From contig CM075999.1 of assembly GCA_038087875.1 (NCBI GenBank), positions 1,862,001 to 1,926,000 on the forward strand: 64,000 bases of DNA. Direction: 5' to 3'. The notes under the pieces are model-generated. The model worked only from the letters and a program-made list of their open reading frames with translations. It ran no database searches and was not told the DNA's origin. The stretch is from Malacoraja senta (taxonomy: Eukaryota). Shown one piece after another: positions 25,176 through 38,134 of this stretch (position 1 is its first letter; every line of letters begins with the position of its first letter). The translations under genes and the position numbers were made by a program.

Positions 25176-25726
25176 AGGGTCTGTCCCACTTGGGCGACCT
25201 AATTGGCGAGTTTAGAAGAGTTTGAAAAAATTAGATGTTGAAGACCTCCTTCGACTATGTAGAAGACCTCCTTCAACCTCCTTCAACTATGTTGAAGACC
25301 AGCTACGACTAGCTACGACTAACTTCGGGAAAATTGGACACCGAATAGTGGAGAGTGAAGACGACCTCCTTCGACCTCCTTCAACCTCCCTTCGACTATG
25401 ATGAAGACTATCTACGACTACCTTCGACTACCCTCGATTACCTAAGACTAACATGCCAACCTACTACGACCTACTACGACTAAACCTACGAGTAAAAAAA
25501 GTATCGTTTTTTCCATGCCGACCGTTTTTTACTTGCGGGCATTTTTTAACAAATTGAAAAATACGCCGCGACCTAGTTGAGGCCTCGAGTACGCGGAGAC
25601 CACTCTCGAGCAGGAAGGAGAGTTACGAAGACCTCCTATGACCTCGTGTTGACCATGCTGCGAGTATGAGTCGAGGGCAAACTCGGCAGAACTCGCGGAT
25701 TAGGTCGCCCAAGTGGGACAGCCCCT
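25176..25726. mobile_element. PIF/Harbinger-type MITE, 551 bp, TTA TSD
   Basis: TIR AGGG(T/G)CTGTCCCACTTGGGCGACCTAAT; TTA at 25173-25175 and 25727-25729; many CGACCT/CGACTA repeats. Confidence 0.9.
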
Positions 25727-26208
25727 TTACCAACATGTCCCAGCTTCACTAGTCCCACTTCACTAGTCCCACCTGCCCGCGTTTGGTCCACATCCCTCCA
25801 TACCTGTCCTATCTATGTACCTGTCCAACTTTTTTAAATGTTGGGATAGTCCCAGCCTCAACTACCTCTACCGGCAGCTCGTTCCATGCACCCACCACCC
25901 TTTGTGTGAAAATGTTACCCCTCAGATTCCAATTAAATCTTTTCCCACTTCACCTTAAACATATGTCCTCTGGTCCTCGATTCACCTACTCTGGGGAAGA
26001 GACTCTGTGCATCTTCCCGATCTATTCCTCTCATAATTTTGAACCTCTTTAAGTTCACCTCTCATCCTCCTGCCCTCCAAGAAATAGAGTCCTATCCTAC
26101 TCAACATCTCCCTATAGCTCACACCCTCTAGTCCTGGCATGCTTTCTCTGCACTTTTATCTTCTTCCGATCTTCTCTCCACTCCAATCAGTGCTATCTAT
26201 GTGTCTAA

Positions 26209-26418
26209 GGTAGACAAAAATGCTGGAGAAACTCAGCGGGTGCAGCAGCGTCTATGGAGCGAAGGAAATAGGCAACGTTTCGGCCCGAAACCCTTGGGTT
26301 TCGGCCCGAAACTTTGCCTATTTTCTTCGCTCCATAGATGCTGCTGCACCCGCTGAGTTTCTCCTGCATTTTTGTCTACCTTTGATTTTTCAGCATCTGC
26401 AGCTCGTTCTTAAACAAA
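26209..26418. mobile_element. Palindromic Penelope terminal-repeat insertion with 16-bp TSD
   Basis: CTATCTATGTGTCTAA at 26193-26208 and 26419-26434; arms meet at GAAACCCTTGGGTTTC. Confidence 0.85.
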
Positions 26419-27670
26419 CTATCTATGTGTCTAAACGCCTCTTAACTTTAGGCCTTAGATATACAGCGCGGAAACAAGTCCACTGAGTCCTCGCTGACCA
26501 GCGATCCCCATATGCTTGCACCTGCACACAAGGGACAATTCACAAGTTTACCAAAGCCAATTGATCTCCAGGCCTGCACGTCTTTTGAGTATGGGGGGAA
26601 AATTGGAGCACCGAAAAATCGAAAACCCACGCGGTCACGGGGAGAACGTACAAACTCCGTGCAGACAGCGCCCTTAGTCAGGATCGAACCCGGGTCTCTG
26701 GCGTTGTGAGGCAGCAACTCTACCGCTGCGCAGTTGACCAAGATGCTCCATCTACTAAGTCCCATTTGCTCGAGTCTGACTCATATCCCTCCAAACCTTT
26801 CCAATCCATATACAGTAGCTGTCCATGATTGTGATCATGTGTGTTTTTTTCGCAGACTGAACCACACGCAATAAAAAGGCTTTTTGTACCTCGGTATGCG
26901 TGATGATAATAAACTAAACTAAACTAAATGCTTTTATAGTTCTTGCCCCAACGACCTCCTCAGTTGCTCCATATACCCACCACCCTCTGAGTGTAAAAGT
27001 CGCCCATCAGATTCCTATTAAATATTTGACATACACAAAAAAATGGAGTAACTCAGCGGGACAGACAGCATATCTGGAGAGAATGAATGGGTGACGTTTC
27101 GAGTCGAGACCCTTCTTCAGACTGGTTAGGGATAAAGGAAACAAGAGATATAGACGATGATGTAGAGAGATAAAGAACAGTGAATACAATATATGGCACG
27201 GTGGCGCAGCGGTAGAGTTGCTACCTCACAACGCCAGGGACCCGGGTTCGATCCTGACCATGGGTGCTGTCTGTACGGAGTTTGTACGTTCTCCCCGTGA
27301 CGTGCAGGTTTGTAGTTAATTGGTTTGGTATCAATGTAAATTGTCCCTGGTGTGTGTAGGATAGTGTTACTCTGCGGGGATCATTGGTCGGTGCGGACAC
27401 GGTTGGGCCGAAGGGCCTGTTTCCGTGTTGTATCTCTAAACTAAACCAAACTAATGGTATCGCAATTGCAATTCATTCTTGGGGCTGGTGTTCAGAAGAC
27501 ATGTCGTTAAATAAAACAGCAAAGAAAGGAGAAAGAGCAGAATTTAATTTTCTCCACTCTGCTATTTGAAATATTCCTTCTGCCAAGGAACATCTTAATA
27601 AATTAAAGGGTATTATTAATGGAGGTGAAGCTTTGTAAAAGAGACATGTCTGTCCAGATAGACCAAGTGT

Positions 27671-27804
27671 GTAAGAAGGAACTGCAGATGCTGGTTTAAA
27701 CCGAAGATAGACACAAAAAGCTGGGGTAACTCAGCGGGACAGGCATCATCTGTGGAGAGAAGGAATGGGTGACGTTTCGGGTCGAGACCCTTCTTCAGAC
27801 TGAA
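27671..27804 (-). mobile_element. Solo Penelope terminal repeat with hammerhead core, 15-bp TSD
   Basis: AGATAGACCAAGTGT at 27656-27670 and 27805-27819; minus strand CTGAAGAAGGGTCTCGACCCGAAACGTC. Confidence 0.85.
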
Positions 27805-28749
27805 AGATAGACCAAGTGTCTACTTTAGCTTGTCCTTGCATTGGCTCTAACCCCCTCAGCCTAAGGTTAGACTGATTTATTTGCATATATTAGTTATATC
27901 TGATTTAGTTATATCTAATTATCCCTGAAGGTTTTTAGCTATTTTCTCTAAAGAGTCTTCTGAAATCAAATTGAGTTTCCAGCAGCCTTATGAGACCGGT
28001 TTTCTTATAATGTAATGAATTATAAAGATTTGGATCTGCATTTCGGATATAATTACGATGCTCGAGAGGCATTTAGACACTTAAATAGCGCCGGCTGAGA
28101 GGAGAGAAGTTTTGGTCGAGGATAAAAGGGCAGAGAAAGGTCGGCACGGTGGGGCAGCGGTAGAATTGCTGTCTTACAGCGCCAGATGCCAAATAGCCTG
28201 TCGAAACAAGGAACTGCAGATGCTGGTTTACAACAAAAAAAGGACACCAAGTGCTGGAGTAACTCAGTGGGTCAGACTGCATCTCTGGAGAACATGGATA
28301 GGTGACGTTTCAGGTCAGGACCTGCTTCTATGCTATTCAATCGGTAGTAAGTAAGGTAAATTCAATGCTAGCCTTTATATCAAGAGGACTGGAATACAAA
28401 AACAGAGATGTAATGCTGAGGCTCTAGAAGGCACTGGTCAGGCTGCATTTGGAGTTCTGTGAGCAAGTTTGGGCCCCATATCTGAGGAAGGATGTGCTGG
28501 CTCTGGAGAGGGTCCAGAGGAGGTTTACAAGAATGATCCCAGGAATGAGTGGGTTAGCATATGATGAGCGTTTGACAGCACTGGGCCGTTTCGGGTCGAG
28601 GCCCTTCTTCAGATCCTGAAACATCACCCATTCCTTCTCTCCAGAGATGCTGCCTGACCCACTGAGTTCCTCCAACATTTTGTGTCTATCTTCGACATAA
28701 AGGAAGGTGGGGTGAAAAGATCAAGGCTCTGCCTACCACTTCTATAGTC

Positions 28750-29605
28750 GATACGATACAATACGATAGAACATTATTTGGCCCAGGAGGGAAATTAATT
28801 TGCCAACAGTCATAAAAACACAATGCACGAAGCACGAAACATGAAATATGAAAATAAAGTGATGAATGGTGAGGCTTTGGGGATGTGCAAAGATTGAGGA
28901 GGTGGGGGGGGGGGGGTTCAGTCTCAGTCTACCCCACGACAGAAGGGGAAGGAGTCGTACAGTTTGATAGCCACAGGGAAGAAGGATCTCCTGTGGTGTT
29001 CTGTGCTGTATCTTGGTGGAACCAGTCTGTTGCTGAAGGTCCTCCTCAGGTTGACCAGTGTGTCACGGAGGGGGGTGAGCTGCATTGTCCAGGATGCTCC
29101 GCAGTTTGAGGAGCATCCTCCCCTCCAAGACCACCCCCCATTCATCCAACTCCGCCCCCAGGATGGAGCCAGCCTTCCTGATGAGTTTGTTGATCCTGTT
29201 GGCGTCCGCGGCCATCGCCCTGCTGCCCCAGCCGGCACACGGCAGCGAAGAAGATGGCACTGGCCAGCACCGATTGGCAGAACATCTGCAGCATCTCACT
29301 GCAGACGTTGAAGGAGTGGGGCCTCCTCAAAAAGTACAGGCGGCTCAGTCCCTTCTTGTACAAGGCCTCAACGTACCTGGACCAGTCCAGGTACACTCCC
29401 AGGTGTTTGTACTCCCTGGTAAACTGCACATACACACCATTGATGGAGACGGGGGACAGGGGAGTTCCTCTCCTCCTAAAGTCCAGCATCCAACTGCTTA
29501 GTCTTGTCGGTGTTGAGCTGCAGGTGATTCAGCCCACTCAACAAACTCGTTGACTACACCTCCGTATTCAGCTTCCCTCCCTCCCCCTGTGTTCAATGCA
29601 ATGTT
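28750..29605 (-). mobile_element. Rex1/Babar-type LINE 3' fragment
   Basis: LDFRRR..PVSING..YKHLGVYLD..KKGLSRLYFLRR..RRSFFPVAIKLY across frameshifts. Confidence 0.85.
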
Positions 29606-29608
29606 ACT

Positions 29609-30108
29609 AGTGCAGCGTAGGTTTACAAAGTTAATTCCCGGGATGGCGGGACTGTCATATGCTGAGAGAATGGAGCGGCTGGGCTTGTACACTCTGGAGT
29701 TTAGAAGGATGAGAGGATATCTCATTGAAACATATAAGATTGTTAAGGGTTTGGACACGCTAGAGGCAGGAAACATGTTCCCGATGTTGGGGGAGTTCAG
29801 AACCAGGGGCCACAGTTTAAGAATAAGGAGTAAGCCATTTAGAACGGAGACGAGGAAACACTTTTTCTCACAGAGAGTGGTGAGTCTGTGGAATTCTCTG
29901 CCTCAGAGGGCGGTGGAGGCAGGTTCTCTGGGTGCTTTCAAGAGAGAGCTAGATCGGGCTCATAAAAATAGCGGAGTCAGGGGATATGGTGAGAAGGCAG
30001 GAACGGGGTACTGATTGGGAATGATCAGCCATGATCACATTGAATGGCGGTGCTGGCGCTAAGGGCCGAATTGGCCTACTCCTGTACCTATTGTCTATTG
30101 TCTAATGT
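29609..30108 (+). mobile_element. CR1 LINE 3' fragment
   Basis: ORF 29550-30014 C-terminal part matches 19523-20017. Confidence 0.92.
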
Positions 30109-32611
30109 CCAGGATTCCGACAGGCAAAATGTTTTAACTCTTTGTACTTTCCAACGGAGAATTTCGTGTCCATTCTCAAACTAAGTGAGTAGCCACAATT
30201 ATTTCCTGCCAATTATGACTTTGGACTTTAATTTAGACTTTAGAGATACAGCGTGGAAACAGGCCCTTCGGCCCACCGAGTCCGTGCTGCCCAGCGATCC
30301 TACACACTAAGGACCGCACTGACACGACCCTACACACTAAGGACAAGTTTACAATTTTACTGAATCCAATTAACCTACCAACTCGCACGTCTTTGGAGTG
30401 TGGGAAGAAACCGGAGCACCCGGAGAAAACCCACGCGGGTCACGGGGAGAACGTACAAACTCCGTACAGACAACGCCCGTAGTCAGGATTGAAACGGGGT
30501 CCCTGGCGCTGTAAAGCAGCAACTCTACCGCTGCGCCATCGTGCCACCCCCAAAATGGTTAGTTACTATGAACCGCGGCCAAGAGCAGTGGGTACAGAGG
30601 TCTCTGGAAGTAGCCAGCCAGTCAGATGGTGCCCAACCTAAACTGGTCGCATTTGCTCAGGTTTAATATAGTTTAATTTAATGTCTCATTATTGTCACGT
30701 GTACCGAGGTACAGTGGAGAGCTGTTTTGTTCCAATCAGGTAGATGGGAGGCGTAGGAAGGAACTGCAAAAGCTGGTTTAAACCGAAAATAGACACAAAA
30801 TGCCGGAGTAGCTCAGCGGGACGGGCAGCATCTCTGGAGAGAAGGAATCAGAATCAGAATCAGAATCAGATTTTATTCGCCAAGTATGTTTTGCAACATA
30901 CGAGGGATTTCACTGGCGACGTTTCGGGTCTCGACCCAAAGGGTCTAATTTTTCGTTAGGATTGGGAAATGTTAAAGATAAGACTCATTCCATCGTTTTC
31001 CTGCCATTTTATGCAAGCGGGTACTGACCGACCTAAAGATGACACAGCAGGAAGAATCGCAGCAAGTCAAGGAATATCGTTATCTGGAGCTATGGTGATT
31101 ATTGACGCCATTATCTCTGGGAGTGAAATTAGCGAACGCCCATGAACGCCCTTTTCACACAGAGAGTGGTGAGTCTGTGGAATTCTCAGCCTCAGAGGGC
31201 GGTGGAGGCCGGTTCTCTGGATACCTTCAAGAGAGAGCTAGATAGGGCTCTTAAAGGTAGCGGAGTCAGGGGATATGGGGAGAAGGCAGGAACGGGGTAC
31301 TGATTGGGGATGATCAGCCATGATCACATTGAATGGCGGTGCTGGCTCGAAGGGCCGAATGGCCTACTCCTGCACCTATTGTCTATTGCCTCTAAGGCAG
31401 CAACTCTACCACTGCGCCACCCATTGCAAAAGCAAGTCGCCAAAATGGTAAGGAAGAGCAAAATAGCATTGGTGGCAATACTCCTCAAGGAAGAATGCAC
31501 AATTAACAGCGTAGTCTATTCTATTCATGGGTCAGCAGAAGATTCAACAACTGTACATGAATCAATTGGGCTATGATTGAATGCGTAGGAAGGAACTGCT
31601 GATTGTGTAGGAAAGAACTGCAGATGCTGGTTTAAATCGAAGAATGACACAAAACGCTGGAGTAACTCAGCGGGACAGGCAGCATCTCTGGAGAGAAGCA
31701 ATGGTTGATGTTTCGAGTCGAGACCCTTCTTCAGACCCTGAAACGTCACCCATTCCTTCTCTCCAGAGATGCTGCCTGTCCCGCTGAGTTATTCCAGCTT
31801 TTTGTGTCTACCTTCAGGCGACTATTGAAGATCACTCCCACTAATAGGTTCAACATGCTATCTCGTGGCAATCCTTTCATTCACAATTCAGCACAAATAA
31901 CTGCTGACCTTCATAGTTTTCCAGTTTAAAACGGCGCAAGTGTATTATCTGAGCAGGAGTGACCACCTTATTGATAATTCCACATCGGCTGCAAGGATTT
32001 CAAGCTTCACATAGCATGCTTACACAAACCCTTTGATAAATGCCTTTGTCATTTTAATATTGAACACTGAGTTCATGTTTACTCTCTGGGTCTGCAAATG
32101 TCAGAACCGCTCCTTAAGTATTTAGTGCTTATGGCAGCTTAAACCAAACGGGTCTTAAATCAATTTGACCCAAAGAAAGGAACTGGACACTGCCCGGTGT
32201 AGATCCCACCATCGAAGGGATCTACAGGAGTCGCTGCCTCAAAAAGGCAGCCGGCTTCGTCAGAGACCCTCACCACCCTGGCCACACTCTCTTGTCACTC
32301 CTGTCATCGGGAAGGAGGTATAGGGAGACACAAAATGCTGGAGTAACTCAGCGGGTCAGGCAGCATCTCTAGAGAGAAGGAATGGGTGACGTTTCGGGTC
32401 GAGACCCTTCTTCAGACTGATGTCAGGGAAGGGGGAGGGACAAATATAGAATGTGGTCGGAGACGGTAAGACTGGTGGGAGAACTGGGAAGGGGAGGGGG
32501 ATGGAGAGAGAAAGCAAGAACTATCTGAAGTTAGAGTGTAGACAATAAACTCTCTTGATTTGACTTATCTTGAGGCTATCTGAAGATGCCCCAGCACTAG
32601 AACGGCCAGGG

Positions 32612-33481
32612 TAGTCAAGTCAACGTTTATTCCTCACATACGCATACGAGATGTGCAGTGAAATGAAAAGTGGCAATGCTTGCGGATTGTGCAAAAAAAC
32701 TACAAAACTGAATGGAACAGAATCAGTAATTACATATTTGTGGGGAAAAAAAAGAAGAAAAAACAGCAATTTAAAAAAAGCCACCACACAACAGTAACTT
32801 GGTTCAGTAAGTTAGTCCCTGGTGAGATAGGTGTTTACAGTCCTAATGGCCTCTGGGAAGAAACTCCTTCTCATCCTCTCTGTTTTCACAGCAGGGCAAC
32901 GGAGGCGTTTGCCTGACCGTAGCAGCTGGAACAGTCTGTTGCTTGGGTGGAAGGGGACCCCTAGTCTGAAGAAGGGTTTTGGCCCGAAACGTTGCCTATT
33001 TCCTTCGCTCCATAGATGCTGCTGCACCCGCTGAGTTTCTCCAGCATTTTTGTGTACCCCCTATGATCTTGTTGGCTCTGGTTCTGCACCTTCTGATGTA
33101 TAGTTCCTGCAGGGGGGGCGAGTGTAGCTCCCATAGTGCGTTCGGCCGAACACACTACTCTCTGCAGAGCCTTCTTGTCCTGGGCAGAGCAGTTCCCAAA
33201 CCAGATTGTGATGTTTCCGGACAAGATGCTTTCCACAGCCGCTGAGTAGAAGCACTGGAGGATCCTCAGGGACACTCTGAATTTCGTCAATTGCCTGAGG
33301 TGGTAAAGGTGCTGCCTTGCCTTACTCACCAGTGCGGCAGCGTGTGATGTCCATGTCAGATCCTCTGAGATGTGGACTCCCAGGTATTTAAAGCAGCTCA
33401 CCCTATCCACAGTATCCCCCATTTATCTTCAGTGGAGTGTACGTCCTCGGATGTTGTACCCTCCTAAAGTCCACGATCAGC
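32612..33481 (-). mobile_element. Rex1/Babar-type LINE fragment interrupted by a Penelope repeat (about 32963-33056)
   Basis: FKYLGVHISEDLTW..KARQHLYHLRQL..VESILSGNITIWFGN; ACCCCCTA/ACCCCTA flanks the insert. Confidence 0.85.
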
Positions 33482-33830
33482 CATCAGACTATTAAACGCT
33501 ACAACCTCCAAATAAACTGTGAACTATGGGGTCAATGGATATTTTTTAAGGCGAAGATTGACAGATTCTTGATTGGTACGGGTGTCAGGGGCTATGGGGA
33601 GAAGGCAGGAGGATGGGGTTAGGAGGGAGAGATAGATTAGCCATGATTGAATGGCGGAGTAGACTTGATGGGCCGAATGGCCTAATTTTCCTCCTTGAAT
33701 TTATGGATTTATGAACTGCCATGATTGCACTAGGGACTTGGGGCGCTGTTTTTGTCTGAACTATATTGGTTGCTTGTGTTCATATACTGAATTACTTTTT
33801 ATTGTGTAATTATGGTGTCTTACCGATGTC

Positions 33831-34056
33831 TAGTCTGAAGAAGGGTTTCGGCCCGAAACGTTACCTATTTCCTTCGCTCCATAGATGCTGCTGCACCCGC
33901 TGAGTTTCTCCAGCATTTTTGTGTACCTTCTATATCTCTCTGGTTTCCCTTATCCCTAACCAGTCTGAAGAAGGGACTCGTCCCGAAACGTCACCCATTC
34001 CTTCTCTCCAGAGATGCTGCCTGTCCCGCTGAGTTACTCCAGCTTTTTGTGTCTAT
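33831..34056 (+). ncRNA. Two tandem minimal type I hammerhead motifs in Penelope terminal repeats
   Basis: CTGAAGA-A-GGGT TTCG GCCC-GAAAC-GTT at 33835-33862 and CTGAAGA-A-GGGA CTCG TCCC-GAAAC-GTC at 33965-33992. Confidence 0.75.
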
Positions 34057-34106
34057 TTACTGTGTTTACATGTCTGTTGTGCCGCTGCAAGTAAGAATTT
34101 CATTGT

Positions 34107-34382
34107 AGGTAGACAAAAGTGCTGGAGAAACTCAGCGGGTGCAGCAGCATCTATGGAGCGAAGGAAATAGGCAACGTTTCGGCCCGAAACCCTTAAGGGA
34201 ATAGGCAACCCTTAAGGAAATAACCCTTAAGGAAATAGGTAACGTTTCGGGCTGAAACCCGGAAGGGTTTCGGCCCGAAACGTTGCCTATTTCCTTCGCT
34301 CCACAGATGCTGCTGCACCCGCTGAGTTTCTCCAGCATTTTTGTCTACCTTCGATTTTCCAGCATCTGCAGTTCCTTCTTAG
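34107..34382. mobile_element. Palindromic Penelope repeat insertion with reiterated centre, 13-bp TSD
   Basis: AGAATTTCATTGT at 34094-34106 and 34383-34395. Confidence 0.85.
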
Positions 34383-36480
34383 AGAATTTCATTGTTCCAT
34401 TTTTGGACATATGACAACAAAACACTCTTGACTCCTGAAGCATCTGAGCCCACTGTCACTTACTCACTATTCGTGGATTGCCGCTAGACATTCCTTATTC
34501 CTGCACGTTTCCAGTTATGCGCAGGAAGGAACTGCAGATGCTGGTTTCTACCGAAGCTAGGCGCAAAATGCTGGAGTAGCTCAGCTGGGTCAGCAGCATC
34601 TCTGGAGAGAAGGAACGGGTGACGTTTTGGGTCGGAACCCTTCTTCGGACTATATTTTAGACCTGCCCGTGTTGTTCTATGTCCATGAGCTCCATTGGTT
34701 AATTAACACAGATAGTGCTGCTCCTAAACAATTCAATTGAAATATAAGTCGCACTACAGGAAACAAATCTCATCTTATCTTTCCATTTGCAAGAAGGCGA
34801 TGGATTTTCTTTTGGTGCTTGAAAACAATTTGTTAAAGTACATACCACCGGATTGAGGAACAGCTTCTTCCCCATTGCTATCGAACTGTTGACTGTGGAG
34901 ATCCAGCGCGGAAACAGGCCCATCAGCCCACCGAGTCCGTGCCCACCACCGATCACCCCATACACTAGTTTTATCCCACACGTTTGGGACAATTCACCAC
35001 TACTGAAGCCATTTAACCTACAAACCTGCACATCTTTGGAGTGTGGGTGGAGACCGAAGCACCCGGAGAAAACCCACGCGGTCACGGGGAGAACGTACAA
35101 ACTCTGTTCAGACAGCACCCGTAGTCAGGATCGAACCCGGGTCTCCTGCGCTGTGAGGCAGAAACTCTACCGCTGCGACGTTGTGCCACCTCATTGAATG
35201 GTCCTCTTATAACTAGGGGGTGGTCCCGATCTCCCAACCAACCTCATTGCGGCCCCTTGCACTTTTTTTTATTTGCGCTTTCTCTGTAGTTGTAACACTG
35301 TTTTTATGTTTAATGTTAAACTTCTTAATGCTATGTTGTATTTTTATTAGTGTGCTGCAAGGACATCAGAATTTCCCCTGAATAAGGGGATTAATAAAGT
35401 AAAAATCAATCAATCAATGCTGTAACATCGTATTCTCAACTCCGGTATGTTTCTCTTTGCACTACTTGTTGTTCTTGTGAAGGTAAAGTGGACAAGTACC
35501 GGTGTTAGAGGTTGTGGGGAGAAGGCAGGAGAATGGGGTTAGGAGGGAGAGATAGATCAGGCAGTCACGGTGGCACAGCGGTAGAGTTGCTGCCTTACAG
35601 CAAAATGTAGCGCCGGAGACCCGGGTTCGATCCCGACTACGGGCGCTGTCTGTACGGAGTTTCTACGTTCTCCCCGTGACCTGCGTGGGTTTTCTCCAAG
35701 AACTTCGGTTTCCTCCCACACTCCAAAGACGTACAGGTTTGTAGGTGAATTGGCTTGTTTAATTGGCTTGATAAAATGTTAAATTGTCCAAGTTGGCGAT
35801 ATGCAGAGTACTGCGCTGCTGACTACAAAATTCAGAAGGATCAGAAGGATTGAATGGCAGAGTCGACTTGATGGGCCGAATGGCCTTGTGACCTTATGAC
35901 AAGTAGACACAAGGAAGTACACATGCTGGAATCTTGCGTAGAACACAATGCCTGTGTCTCCACGCCAGCCTTTTTGCTGGTTCCGTCGTTCTAAACGTAA
36001 GCTGGCACCAATCCCCGACCTCTCGACCCAAAAACATCGCCTGCCCATTCCCTCCACAGATGCTGCCTGACCCACTGAGTTACTCCAGCACTTTGTACGC
36101 CGCTTAAGATTCCAGCATCTGCAGTTCCTTCTGCCTCAGACTCCAACAGAGTATGACACGGTGGCGCAGCGGTAGAGTTGCTGCCTTACAGCGAATGCAG
36201 CGCCGGAGACCCAGGTTCGATCCCGACTATGGGTGCCGTCTGTACGGAGTTTGTACGTCCCCCCCGTGACCCCGTGGGTTTTCTCCGAGATCTTCGGTTT
36301 CGTCCCACACTCCAAAGACGTGCAGGTTTGTAGGATAATCGGCTTGGTAAATGTAAACATTGTCCCTAGCGGGGGTAGGATAGTATTAATGTGCGGGGAT
36401 CGCTGATCGCTGGTCGATGGGCCAAACGGCCTGTTCCCGCGCTGTATCTCAAAACTAAACTGAACTAAAAGAGTCAGTAG

Positions 36481-36654
36481 GTAGATAAATGCTGGAGAAA
36501 CTCAGAAAAGGTGACGTCTCGGGTGGAGAAACCCCTGAAGGGTCTGGACCCGAAACGTCACCCATTCCTTCGCTCCATAGATGCTGCCCAACCCGCTGAG
36601 TTTCTCCAGCATTTTTATCTACCTTCGATTTTTCCAGCATCTGCAGTTCCTTCT
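36481..36654. mobile_element. Palindromic Penelope repeat insertion, 15-bp TSD
   Basis: TAAAAGAGTCAGTAG at 36466-36480 and 36655-36669. Confidence 0.8.
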
Positions 36655-37778
36655 TAAAAGAGTCAGTAGACCCTCTGGAGGCAGAGGGAGGAACTGCTGA
36701 AGGCTTTGTTAGTTGGCAAAGCTCACACTCCAGGTATACCGGCTGCTGAAGTCACCAAGGAACTTTTAACTTCCCTGACATTCAGATACATTTAAAAATA
36801 AACAACATCGGGCAAATAAAATGGCAACCTTTAAAATTAATAGTTTAAAGAAATAAAGTTAGGTAGAAATGTTCCGATTGATTGATTGCAAGATACAGCT
36901 GGTAAACAGGCCCTTCTGCCCACTTGAGTCTATGTTGACCATCGATCACCCATTCACACCAGTTCTCTATGTGGGAAGGTACTGCAGATTGTGGCTCTGT
37001 GTTGGATGGACCTGCAGATGCTGTATCTCTTAACTAAACCAAACTAAAAATCCCCACTACTAAATAATTTCAAAGTCCAAAAACAAATGTTGTATTTTTA
37101 CCACCAGCTTTTATCCTGTGAAAGAAAATAACTTTTTTTTTAAAATTGATTGAACATTGCAATGGCAGGATGGCAGACAGGGAATGCTCAGTAATCCGAT
37201 GCACCGGCCTCAAGTAATTCTTCATCAGATTAAAGGCATTGCCTGAAGCAAAAAACCTCACTGCTCCCCACGGACAGACTTTGCAACAGTTTCTTCAGAT
37301 TCTTCAGAAAATACCCCACGAGCTGCTCGCTCATCCCATCTATAATTGAATGTTCCATTACCACAGCACAACTCAAGGTCAGTAATAAACAGGAGGCGCG
37401 TTGCAAGGAGGTGGGACCAAGGAAAAGCAGCTGTAAACAATATCAGCGGCCACAGGCTTTGATTGATTGAAAGATACAGCACGGGAAACAGGTCCCCCGC
37501 AGCCCACCGAGTCCGAGCAGGCCACCGATCTACCTCTATGTACCATCTACCTCTTTGGTGACCCTCGGACTATCCTTCTCAGTCTGAAGAAGAGACTCAA
37601 CCCGAAACGTCGCCTATTCCTTCGCTCCACGGATGCTGCCTCACCCGCTGAGTTTCTCCAGCATTTTTGACTGCCTTCGATTTTTCCAGCATCTTGCAGT
37701 TCTTTCGTAAACACTCGGACTATCCTTGATCGGACTTTGCTGGCTTTACCTTGCACGAAACTTCATTCCCTTATCATG

Positions 37779-38028
37779 GTAGACAAAAATGCTGGAGAAA
37801 CTCAGCCGGATGCAGCAGCATCTATGGAGCGAAGGAAATAGGCAACGTTTCAGGACGAAACCCTGCCGGGTTTCGGCCCGAAACGTTACCTATTTCCTTC
37901 CTGAAGGGTTTCGGGCCGAAACGTTGCCTATTTCCTTCGCTCCATAGATGCTGCTGAGCCCGCTGAGTTTCTCTAGCATTTTTGTCTACCTTCGATTTTC
38001 CAGCATCTGCAGTTACCTTCTTAAACAT
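37779..38028. mobile_element. Palindromic Penelope repeat insertion, 14-bp TSD
   Basis: ATTCCCTTATCATG at 37765-37778 and 38029-38042. Confidence 0.85.
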
Positions 38029-38134
38029 ATTCCCTTATCATGTATCTGTACACTGCAAACGGCTCGATTGTAATCATGTATTGTCTTTCCGCTGACTGGT
38101 TAGCACGCAACAAAAGGTTTTCACTGTACCTCGG

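Noticed and set aside
25230..25490. CRISPR-like short repeats
   Set aside because: Irregular subterminal repeats inside a TIR/TSD-bounded MITE.
27195..27260. tRNA genes (A/B boxes at many sites)
   Set aside because: These are SINE heads continuing into the V-domain, with no complete cloverleaf.
37190..37345. Possible minus-strand host exon (AG...GT-bounded open stretch)
   Set aside because: No recognisable protein similarity or partner exons; cannot be supported without RNA or homology data.
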